From positions 1 to 64,000 of IMG/VR virus record IMGVR_UViG_3300024999_000081: 64,000 nucleotides of DNA; one strand, given 5' to 3'. The notes below the pieces were generated by a model that made no database searches, was not told the origin of the DNA, and saw only the letters and a program-made list of their open reading frames with translations. This DNA comes from a virus. A program made the translations under genes and the position numbers. Shown here piece by piece: positions 50,901 through 58,482 of this stretch. Positions within the stretch are counted from its first letter, which is position 1. Each line of letters starts with the position of its first letter.

Positions 50901-51068
50901 AGAGATTTTATCAAAGGTAAAGATTTAAAAGTAGCAATAGTAAAAGAAACAAAAACCATTCAAATTGAAAATTCAGATTCAACTAAATGTCCTGAATGTG
51001 GTGCAGAATTAGGTATGACTGAGGGTTGCAGAACGTGTCCTAATTGCTTTTATAGTAAATGCTCATAA
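47901..51068 (+). CDS. nrdJ: Class II (AdoCbl-dependent) ribonucleotide reductase with intein
   Basis: LEKRY, F.PSSP..FNAG, LSSCF, GGAG, VKQG.KRNGA, GEPG, NP|C.E, CNLAS, RPIGLG, IAPNGS, ISKTVN, KGVTVYRDG; C-terminal TSCPD-like domain and Zn ribbon. Confidence 0.92.
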   Translation: MTKMNDNVEKLLEKRYYLRDNNDNFTEHSWSDISQRIANSIAQAENEKDIPYYIKQFYNKINDMEFIPSSPCIFNAGTPSQSLSSCFVVDIEDNIEGIFSTVAECAKIFQMSGGAGFSMRKIRPKGSLCKSSGSNASGVCSFMHVFNEVVNRVKQGNKRNGALKIDLPCTHPEIFDFIHSKDITEDLKNMNISVSITDEFVKAVENSEDWDLKFNGLVYQTIKAIDLWNEIMLCAWKTGEPGLSYQSNMDKGNMNPQLNESVYGNPCFSGDMRLLTVDGYKTFEELSETTVKIINSNGDISDSNVWCSGEKDTIELTTSNKKKIRCTPDHIVMLNDNEECEIQYALKKRVMPYHGKTNVSKDLFVQLGFLQGDGGIGRINSEAHLGLEINIGEKDKEIFELFNIVPIDGKKAYYTNGYNNTLVKYGFDGSPLPERVFPITYTNWTKEQKLNFLKGCYSANGCVIKTHRISYKTTSKVFSLQLKKALEEFDIVSYITTNKPTMVKFTNGDYLCKESYDINIGRLDDVIFFYQNIGFMQQYKINDLVDLIKLKSPKIMTMKQLGKQKVYDFSEPLTHWGVVEGLVVHNCHEYVNIPYSSCNLASVNLKKVIEHSKVNWFKLKENIELTFRFLDDMITMNRLPLEKIKTITHLIRPIGLGTMGFAQLLYELKIPYNSQECLDFIDVLYGFIEKTCLEYNVKLGKERGIYPAWKGSKWEEENLEVRCSSMTSIAPNGSIAFIADTTGGIEPQFALVYKRRDKENDEYMVADSVFENYLKENGLYTKEILDKINENKGSIKGLDSIFTQEIQNIFVTANDISPEWHVKVLAQIQKYICLSISKTVNLPNNATIEDVGNVYLMAAKLGIKGVTVYRDGCRSNQILSVGEATEEIPKQEFVFPAETLKYAHAERFKVDSGCGSFWLFLCFDDNENLREIFSQSATQGGCQGLTEALSRMTSLALKSNIHPEVIIDQLKSVRCPVSMMMRKEKGLDSRSCADAIGNAIRDFIKGKDLKVAIVKETKTIQIENSDSTKCPECGAELGMTEGCRTCPNCFYSKCS
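48699..49658 (+). mobile_element. 320-aa intein with LAGLIDADG endonuclease in nrdJ
   Basis: Starts CFSGD, block B CTPDH, LGFLQGDG and FLKGCYSANG, ends VVHN followed by Cys. Confidence 0.93.
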
Positions 51069-51095
51069 TAATAAAATGAAAAGAGGAAAATTAAA

Positions 51096-51698
51096 ATGAA
51101 TAAAGAACAATTAAAAGCTAAATATGGTGACGTAGAAGTATTTGTAGTAAGTAATGAATTAACAAAGGATTTTGATACATTTGTTGAATTAGATAAAGAT
51201 AATAAATATAGTGATATCTTTAATTCAGTAGGTAAATTTATTCCTCGATATGATGCAGAATTAAATCTTGAAAATCGTCAAATCATTCCTTATTGTTTAG
51301 TAAAATGTGGCGATAATTATTTTATTACTCGCAGACTTGAAGGTGATGCAAGACTCACAGGTAAATATTCTCTTGGTGTAGGAGGTCATTTAGAGCGCGT
51401 AGATGGAACAGATAATGATTATATTAAGTCTGGCATGATGAGAGAATTAGACGAAGAAATTGACATTAAGTCTAGTATTAAATCTATTGATCTAATTGGT
51501 ATGATTTGCTCAAATAATACAGAAGTTGACTCAGTGCATTTGGGTCTAGTGTATGTAGTGGAAGTTGCCGGATTAGATGTTAGTGTTAAAGAAACCGACA
51601 CTTTAGTTGGTGATTGGATTTCTAAAAATGATTTACTTAATTTTGAAGGAGAACTAGAATCTTGGAGTAAAATTGCTGTAGAACATTTTATTAAGTAA
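51096..51698 (+). CDS. Nudix hydrolase (YmaB/COG4112-like)
   Basis: QIIPY, SLGVGGHLE, GMMRELDEE, VHLG, LESWS. Confidence 0.85.
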   Translation: MNKEQLKAKYGDVEVFVVSNELTKDFDTFVELDKDNKYSDIFNSVGKFIPRYDAELNLENRQIIPYCLVKCGDNYFITRRLEGDARLTGKYSLGVGGHLERVDGTDNDYIKSGMMRELDEEIDIKSSIKSIDLIGMICSNNTEVDSVHLGLVYVVEVAGLDVSVKETDTLVGDWISKNDLLNFEGELESWSKIAVEHFIK

Positions 51699-51708
51699 AT
51701 AAAAACAT

Positions 51709-51742
51709 GGTAGTAGTAAGGTTTAATTTCCTTACTGCTACC
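51709..51742 (+). terminator. Hairpin after the Nudix gene
   Basis: GGTAGTAGTAAGG ... CCTTACTGCTACC. Confidence 0.55.
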
Positions 51743-51764
51743 TCATAAAAAGAAAGGATAAAAA

Positions 51765-52532
51765 ATGATAGGATTACAAGAATTAATTATAGAACGAAAA
51801 ATAATAATTACTCATTTAGCAAGGGAATTAGGGATTAGACCAGAACGTATTTGGGACTGGATTAAGAAGAATAAAGTTCCTAAAGATTGTTTAAGCATGT
51901 TAACAGATAAATTTAATGTAGGAGAAGAATATTTAAATAAAGTGGTAAATAATATCAATACATATCAACCAAAAAAATTTGGATTTTGCAATGAATACAT
52001 AATCGAAGGAAATATTACAAAATTAATTCTCAATAGGAAGAAAGGTGATAATTTAATTGCTTTAATAGACACTGAAGATTTGCAAAGATTGAAGGAGTAT
52101 GGTCGTACTTGGACCGCTAGTTATAGGGAAAATATAGATAATTATTATGTATCAACAAATATACGAGATAATAATCCAAATACAAAATCAAAGTATAAGT
52201 CAGTATTACTTCATCAATTTATTGCAGGAATGCCAGATAATTGTGTGGTTGATCATAGAAATTCACAATATACATTAGATAACAGAAAAGAAAATTTGCG
52301 TTCAACAGCATATAATAATAATTCTTCCAATAGAAAAGGAGCAAATAAAAATAGTAAAACAAGTGTACGAAATGTTTGTTATAATGGAGAAAAAACAGAG
52401 TATTGGGAACAATTTATGAGGAAAGGAGAAAGATTTAAATGGATATTCCCACTTGATCAATTTGAAGAAGCATGTAAATTTGCCGAAATAAAAAGAAAAG
52501 AAATATTTGGAGAATTTGCTGGTGAAGGATAA
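51765..52532 (+). CDS. HTH-HNH(-AP2-like) homing endonuclease
   Basis: N-terminal HTH LARELGI...IWDW; LIDTED, LHQFI, VDHRN, LDNRKENLR; C-terminal FGEFA. Confidence 0.85.
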   Translation: MIGLQELIIERKIIITHLARELGIRPERIWDWIKKNKVPKDCLSMLTDKFNVGEEYLNKVVNNINTYQPKKFGFCNEYIIEGNITKLILNRKKGDNLIALIDTEDLQRLKEYGRTWTASYRENIDNYYVSTNIRDNNPNTKSKYKSVLLHQFIAGMPDNCVVDHRNSQYTLDNRKENLRSTAYNNNSSNRKGANKNSKTSVRNVCYNGEKTEYWEQFMRKGERFKWIFPLDQFEEACKFAEIKRKEIFGEFAGEG

Positions 52533-52587
52533 ATAAAAATCCCATAAGCTAAACATTTCAAACCATTCTAACAGGAGGTAAAACAAA

Positions 52588-52998
52588 GTGAATAAACATA
52601 ACTCAGAACTATTAACCAAAGAAGAAATAGATAGTCTTCTACAAGTTCTTTCTGAAGGGTATCCCAAAGAAGAATCAAGTTCTATTAAAATCAATTATAA
52701 TCCAGTTAATAAGATGAAATTGATCACGGATATTATTGATAAGAATAGATATAGTGAAAAATATTTCTCATGGTGTATTGCTGATGAAATTAATCATATT
52801 TACAAAAATGCAGGAAAAGAATTTTCATCAATAAGTTTGGAATTTCTTAATAAGAATACACTAAATTTCTCTATTTCAGATGAAAAGGTAAAGTTATTTA
52901 CAAATATTTTTGATGATAATCCTGATCTTATACTTAATAAATCAGATTTAATAAGACTTAATATTATAATTCAAAAAATTATTGCACAAATGAAATAA
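52588..52998 (+). CDS. Hypothetical protein with FliM/FliY-like N-terminal peptide
   Basis: GTG start, RBS AGGAGG; SELLTKEEIDSLL. Confidence 0.65.
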   Translation: MNKHNSELLTKEEIDSLLQVLSEGYPKEESSSIKINYNPVNKMKLITDIIDKNRYSEKYFSWCIADEINHIYKNAGKEFSSISLEFLNKNTLNFSISDEKVKLFTNIFDDNPDLILNKSDLIRLNIIIQKIIAQMK

Positions 52999-53298
52999 AA
53001 TTAAAAGGAGAGAATGATCAATAAAAACATTAAATCCACAAAAGTCTGAAGAATTATGGAAAGAAATAAAAAACATTGAATATCTTGTTTCTAAATTAGG
53101 CGGTTGTGTTCAAAATCCAGACTTTGTAAACGAAGAAAATGCAGTAGAAAATTATAGATTTTTCTTAAATGATTATACAAAACTAATTGATAGATTGAGA
53201 ATTTTAAGAGAAAATATCGCAATATTACATGAAGATATTATTATAAATAATTAATATAAAGAGTATACTTTAATATATTAAAAGGAGTTACATCAAAA

Positions 53299-53646
53299 AT
53301 GAAACAATGTGTACATTTCGACAGTGGAGTTTGCTATTCACCTGATTGGGAAGAACCATATTCATTACTAAATATTTCATTAATTTATTTTTTCCTGTCA
53401 TTTAACTAATCCTCCTTAATAAATTCAATAATATCCATTAAGGCATAAGTTCTTAGAGCATCTTTATCTACATCAAATACATCCATTAACCATTGCTCTG
53501 TTTTGTGGTAATCGGTATTGCCATAATAAATAGTTTGAGGAATAATTGTTCTAATTCCAATATTACCTTGCCAATTTTTATATTTTACTTTGATTGAAGT
53601 AGTTGGAATATAATGAGGACATGAATTTTTATGATTTAACAAGCAT
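53299..53646. pseudogene. Cys4 + WYL-domain gene split by an inversion
   Basis: + strand MKQCVHFDSGVCYSPDWEEPYS joins - strand CLLNHKNSCPHY...YKNWQG..R.I.P...QWLM..D..K...RTYAL after re-inverting 53364-53646. Confidence 0.8.
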
Positions 53647-53752
53647 CCTTCTCCAAATCCAGATAGGTTTAAATTAAATAGACTTATTACAACTTGTAAG
53701 GACAATTCTAGGTGCGCTGAATGTTGGAAATTAGAACTGGAGGAAGAATTTA

Positions 53753-53977
53753 ATGAATAAACTACCAGAACCAAAATGGGATAAACCTCCTGTAAACAAT
53801 AATAAAATAAATATGGAAGATAAATTATTAGAATTAAAAGAACAATTCTGCAAATGGTATTGTTTAAATAAATCAACAGGAATTAAAGATTATGATGAAG
53901 AGATTTTAGATAAGCAATTCGTTTGTAAAATTTGTCAAATCACAGAGTATATAACTTTCATAAGAGATGAGTTATAA
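53753..53977 (+). CDS. Hypothetical protein
   Basis: RBS GGAGG; C..YC...CKIC. Confidence 0.65.
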   Translation: MNKLPEPKWDKPPVNNNKINMEDKLLELKEQFCKWYCLNKSTGIKDYDEEILDKQFVCKICQITEYITFIRDEL

Positions 53978-54245
53978 TGTTCACCATTTCGCTTAAATAA
54001 ACATAAAATAAAACAGACAGAAGGGAGGTGAATAAATAAGAAAGGAGAATAATTATGATGAAAGAATTAAAAGGATGGTTAATTAACGAAATAAATTCTA
54101 TCAATATAGATTATCATAATGAAAGTACCTATGCTTGGTCAAAAGGATATAAGAAATCTTTATTAGAAACTTTGGATACTATTAAAAGAATTGAAAAGAA
54201 TAAATCAAATACCAAGAAATGATAGTTTAAAAGGATGTGAAATTA

Positions 54246-54587
54246 TTGGCAAAAAACATAGTCGTTTATGGTTAAACTGTAGAAAAATCATTCAATAAAT
54301 TACAGGAATTACTTGACAATATGAATCCAAAAGATATTAGAAAAGTTATAAAAACGTCTCTTAATACTAGTATATTTACTATTGAATTAAATAATGGAGA
54401 TTACTACAAAGCAATAAGAGCAAGTGATAGTGCTAGAGGATATAAATGGCAGTATGCGTATATAGATAAGGATATTAATCGAGAATCACTTGATCATGTT
54501 GTTTTTTGTAAATTTATACCTGAGTATGGTACTGAAGATTATTATAATTATGATAAAAATTTTAAAGATTACTATGAGTGGTATTAA
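54246..54587 (+). pseudogene. Phage gene with in-frame TAA at 54273-54275
   Basis: TTG start LAKNIVVYG*TVEKSF, in frame with ORF 54321-54587. Confidence 0.65.
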
Positions 54588-54607
54588 ATAATAAAGGAGA
54601 ATAAATA

Positions 54608-55305
54608 ATGTCAATAAGAACTGAACAAATTGATGTGTCATTTAACCTAAAACTTAAAAAAGACCTACAAGAACATGAAGTTATTTGTTCTCACTGTAGA
54701 GGTACAGGACTTCAAGTAGATGATAATCCTTTTGGTATTAAAGAAGAAAATAGTAAAATTCATTTTCCATATAAACAACAAACCATTGTTGGTTGTCGAC
54801 ATTGTTATAATGGAGTTCAAAGTAAATGTTTATATTGTGATAAAATTCTTGATAGAGGAACTTCTAGATGTGATTGTAAACAGTCAAATTTAGAACGCAT
54901 TCAAGAACAATATGAAAAAGATGTAGATACATGGAATAAAGCAAAGAAAATATCTTATGAACAAGCAATAAAAGATAATATTATGATTTATATTGACAAT
55001 TATGATAAATATCTCATGGCTGAAAAATTAGAGGAATGGATAGAAGATAAAGAAAGTGAAGCAGACCAATCAATATGTCGTGAAGAATTAAGAGTTTATG
55101 GTACACAATCAATTGAATTATCTATGGACGCATATAAATTATTGAAGATGCTTGTAGTGATTTACATGAAGATGCAATGGATAATATCTCAGATGAAGAT
55201 CAAAAAGAACTTCAAGTATTATTAGATAAGTGGTGTGAAGAGAATAAACAAGGAACTACTACTTATTATGCTGATTTTAGTGTTGGGATATTATTAAGGA
55301 TGTGA
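54608..55305 (+). pseudogene. DnaJ-type Zn-finger phage protein, frameshift near 55137
   Basis: CSHCRGTG, CRHCYNG; continuation IIEDACSDLHEDA... lies in another frame. Confidence 0.7.
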
Positions 55306-55312
55306 TTAAACT

Positions 55313-55523
55313 TTGGAATCTTGGAAACATTGTGCTAAAACTTGGTATTGTATTGATATTTCATTAGCAATAAAAAATATTAAATATTAAATCTGGCTCT
55401 ATTGTAAAATGTAAAATAAATGATGAAGGTTATTTGTTTAATATTCCTGATAAAGTAAATCCAAATATAACTCCAGAAATGATTAAGAATGGAAAATGGT
55501 ATGTTTATACTTGGTCTGATTAG
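55313..55523 (+). pseudogene. Small gene broken by a 7-bp tandem duplication
   Basis: AATATTA-AATATTA near 55375-55390 shifts the frame. Confidence 0.5.
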
Positions 55524-55870
55524 GTTAATTAAAATAATGATTTTATTTGAAAGGAGTTAAACTTATGACAGCAGAAATTTATTATCATAATGAATTTGAA
55601 ATCATTTAATCTTTAATTATTATCAATAAAGGAGGAAACACCATAGATATTCTACTCTACAACTCCAAAGACGAAGTAGTAACCGCATACACCTCTAACA
55701 ATCATAATTATCAAAAACAATGACCAAATCGCAATTAAAGAAAGCAATAAAAACTACAAAGTTGTTGATATCAATAAGTATCGTGTTATGGGCAGAGAGC
55801 AGTATGTAGCATTGGAATTAAAAGTTATTAAATCATAAATCATAAAATAATTATTAAGGAGTGAAATAAA

Positions 55871-56257
55871 ATGCTTGATATAAATATTCTAATTACTCAA
55901 TTACAAGAGCAATTAGAATCATCTAATCAAGAGTTAGATAATATTAGAACAGAAATTCTTGAATTAGGAATTAAAAGAGACATACGTAAATCACACATCA
56001 AAGAAATTCAAAATCAAATTACGCAAATTCAAGCCGATCAATATGAAAAAGAAGCACAGAAGAGACTAATCAGAAAAGGATACACTTTTATTGGCAAGAC
56101 AGATAAAATGAATCCACAAGGAATTTATGCAGAATGTGACAAATGTCATCAGTATCTTTTATTGTTTGAATATGGAACTGGGATTGGTTCTACATATAAA
56201 GGCGTATGTCCTGAGTGTGATATTGTAATTGATTTCACTGATTATAAGAGTTGGTAG
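55871..56257 (+). CDS. Coiled-coil + Zn-ribbon protein
   Basis: CDKC...CPEC; RBS AAGGAGTG. Confidence 0.7.
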   Translation: MLDINILITQLQEQLESSNQELDNIRTEILELGIKRDIRKSHIKEIQNQITQIQADQYEKEAQKRLIRKGYTFIGKTDKMNPQGIYAECDKCHQYLLLFEYGTGIGSTYKGVCPECDIVIDFTDYKSW

Positions 56258-56524
56258 GAGGTTATTTTATTATGTATAAACAATGTAATATTATTGAATG
56301 TATACATAATCAAGCAAATTCAATTGCTTTATGTTTAGGATTAGGATTAGAAAAGTTGGATTGTGATTATATGAATGTTTGTTGGTTAAATCAAGATGTA
56401 CAATGCAATAGTCTTAATTGTTTAAAATATAAAGTATCTAAAGTGAAATAAGTAATATAAAATATTTTATTATTTCACTTTGCCGCATATTAATGAAATA
56501 AAATTTAAAAGGAGAATGATTAAT

Positions 56525-56719
56525 ATGAGAAATAATGTAAATATATTAAACAAAGAGATTTTAACCAAAGAGGAATTAGAAGCAAAACATTATGACAGAA
56601 TGATGGAATTCTTAATTGCTGATTTTGAGGGTAAAGATTTTAACGAGTGTGATATTATTCTTAGACAAATTATTAAGGTCGCATACGATTTGTTGAATGA
56701 ACCTGATGTTATGAAGTAG
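56525..56719 (+). CDS. Hypothetical protein
   Basis: RBS AAGGAG. Confidence 0.6.
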   Translation: MRNNVNILNKEILTKEELEAKHYDRMMEFLIADFEGKDFNECDIILRQIIKVAYDLLNEPDVMK

Positions 56720-56824
56720 AATTGATTTGAGAGCGACAGAAAGGCGTGTAGGTTGGATTAGAATTTTGTTCGGGTGGGAATTATTTGTGAATGGTTAGAT
56801 AGGCAAATTAGAGGAGGAATACAT

Positions 56825-57037
56825 ATGTTAGTAAAAATTGGAGACAAAATTTATGACTCTACTCAAGTCCCTATTTTATTAATATTTGATGCAAAAGAAA
56901 TTAAGGATATGCAAAATTTAGCAGACAACAATCATAAATATTGTTCATGTCCAGATGATACAGAGGAGAAAGATATTGTAGAATTTATGAGAACTGATGA
57001 TGTAGAAATTGAGATTACTGGTTATGTAAGGTATTAA
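56825..57037 (+). CDS. Hypothetical phage protein
   Basis: MLVKIGDKIYDS; RBS GGAGG. Confidence 0.7.
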   Translation: MLVKIGDKIYDSTQVPILLIFDAKEIKDMQNLADNNHKYCSCPDDTEEKDIVEFMRTDDVEIEITGYVRY

Positions 57038-57038
57038 A

Positions 57039-57067
57039 TTGACTTTGTGTATAAAGTAATATATAAT
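57039..57067 (+). promoter_or_regulatory. SigA-type promoter
   Basis: TTGACT-17-TATAAT. Confidence 0.7.
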
Positions 57068-57104
57068 ATCATTAGTTGGAATACATATAAAATAAATTGT
57101 AGAG

Positions 57105-57611
57105 GTGGTGAAAATTATAGCAAAGGGAAAAAGTTTATTGAGTCAAACTAGTAAACCAAAAAAACAAGATAAATATGACGAAACATCATCTATAGTAAAA
57201 GAATATGAATTTAATATAGATGATAGAGTTGTATTTTTAGGATTGGTTAGTGACTATAGAGGACTAGAATGTATAATTGTAAAAAGAACTATGAAAAAGA
57301 AGACAACGGATTATTATGCTGTAAAGTTCGATGATGGAAATGTAATTGAATCTGTTGTTTATGGGTTTTTAAGAACTCCTGAACAATATGAATTAGAGTT
57401 AGAAGAGCAAAAAAATAAAAACGAAGATGATCATAGTGATTTACCTGAAATTGAGTTAGAAATGATTAAACATGGGATAGAAAGTCATAAGAACTATCAT
57501 TCTTGTCTTTCACCATTAAATTTCCACTATATGGATTGTATTTCTTGTACTTATAAATCAAAATGTGTATACGAAAACAAATTTGATTATAAAAAAGCTA
57601 AATTTAATTAG
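57105..57611 (+). CDS. Hypothetical protein (SH3/KOW-like core, Cys tail)
   Basis: FNIDDRVVF...YAVKFDDG; CISC....C. Confidence 0.7.
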   Translation: MVKIIAKGKSLLSQTSKPKKQDKYDETSSIVKEYEFNIDDRVVFLGLVSDYRGLECIIVKRTMKKKTTDYYAVKFDDGNVIESVVYGFLRTPEQYELELEEQKNKNEDDHSDLPEIELEMIKHGIESHKNYHSCLSPLNFHYMDCISCTYKSKCVYENKFDYKKAKFN

Positions 57612-57625
57612 GAGAGGAAGATTAT

Positions 57626-57703
57626 ATGATTAAAGTAACATTATTAAATCCAGTGCAAATTAAAAATATATTTAAGGAATGGGGAGGAGATAAAAATAAT
57701 TAA
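57626..57703 (+). pseudogene. 5' stub of a displaced thyX-type gene
   Basis: MIKVTLLNPVQIKNIFKEWG; RBS/start region duplicated before 58483. Confidence 0.45.
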
Positions 57704-58442
57704 AGATAAAACAGGCGAAACTTCAGTAAATAAATTTGGATCATTATTAACAATTGTAAAATATAATAATGCAAGAAATATTATGGTTCAATTCGAGAAT
57801 GGATATGTTGTACCAAAAACAAGATATGAATTTTTCGTAAAAGGGAATATTACTAGTCCATATGATAAAACTGTCCATAATGTAGGATATTTTGGTGAAG
57901 GAGAATATAAATCAAGTTTTAATGGTAAACAAACAAAACAATATGCATATTGGCATCAGATGATGAATAGGTGTTATGCCTCATTTTATAATATAGAGGC
58001 ATATAAATATTGTACTGTTTGTGAAGAGTGGCATAATTATCAAGTGTTTGCTAAATGGTATGATGAGAATTATTATGAAGTACAAAACGAAGTCATGTGT
58101 TTAGATAAAGATATCTTAATCAAAGGGAATAAGATTTATAGTCCGGAGACTTGCGTTTTTGTACCTCAATATATAAATACTTTATTTATTAAAACATTAG
58201 AAAGAAAAAATGAATTACCAATAGGGGTTGTTTTAGATAAAAATAAAAATCGAAAGAAAAGGTATAGAGCTTCTGCTGATAAAATATTTATAGGAATGTT
58301 TGAAACTCCTGAAGAAGCTTTTAATGGTTATAAGAATGTCAAAGAATTACATATTAAGCAAGTTACAGATAAATATAAAAAATATATACCTAAAATATTG
58401 TATGATGCAATGTATAATTATAAGGTAGAAATAACTGACTAA
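57696..58442 (+). CDS. HNH-like homing endonuclease with AP2-like tail (ATA start likely)
   Basis: W..MMNRCY, VCEEWHNYQ.FA.W, LDKDIL..GNKIYSP.TC.FVP..IN, LPIGV, G.F.TPEEAF; frame open to ATA 57696 behind GGAGGA. Confidence 0.8.
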   Translation: MIKDKTGETSVNKFGSLLTIVKYNNARNIMVQFENGYVVPKTRYEFFVKGNITSPYDKTVHNVGYFGEGEYKSSFNGKQTKQYAYWHQMMNRCYASFYNIEAYKYCTVCEEWHNYQVFAKWYDENYYEVQNEVMCLDKDILIKGNKIYSPETCVFVPQYINTLFIKTLERKNELPIGVVLDKNKNRKKRYRASADKIFIGMFETPEEAFNGYKNVKELHIKQVTDKYKKYIPKILYDAMYNYKVEITD

Positions 58443-58482
58443 ATACATATGTAATATTTAATTAGAGAGGAAGATACTATAA

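Noticed and set aside
53647-53876. N-terminal half of the 156-aa minus-strand ORF in the track
   Set aside because: It is antisense to real + strand coding sequence and has no RBS; it is joined to the WYL part only by the inversion.
17163-54275. Stop-codon reassignment or selenocysteine explaining in-frame stops
   Set aside because: The internal stops are mixed (TGA, TAA), all three stop codons end normal genes, and the long genes are uninterrupted in code 11.
149-55549. Repeated intergenic sites as a CRISPR array
   Set aside because: They are degenerate, separated by whole genes rather than 30-40-bp spacers, and no cas genes are present. The PD-(D/E)XK nuclease lacks the Cas4 cysteine cluster.
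56720-56810. G-rich intergenic stretch as a tRNA or structured RNA
   Set aside because: No cloverleaf, T-loop or convincing stem found by eye.
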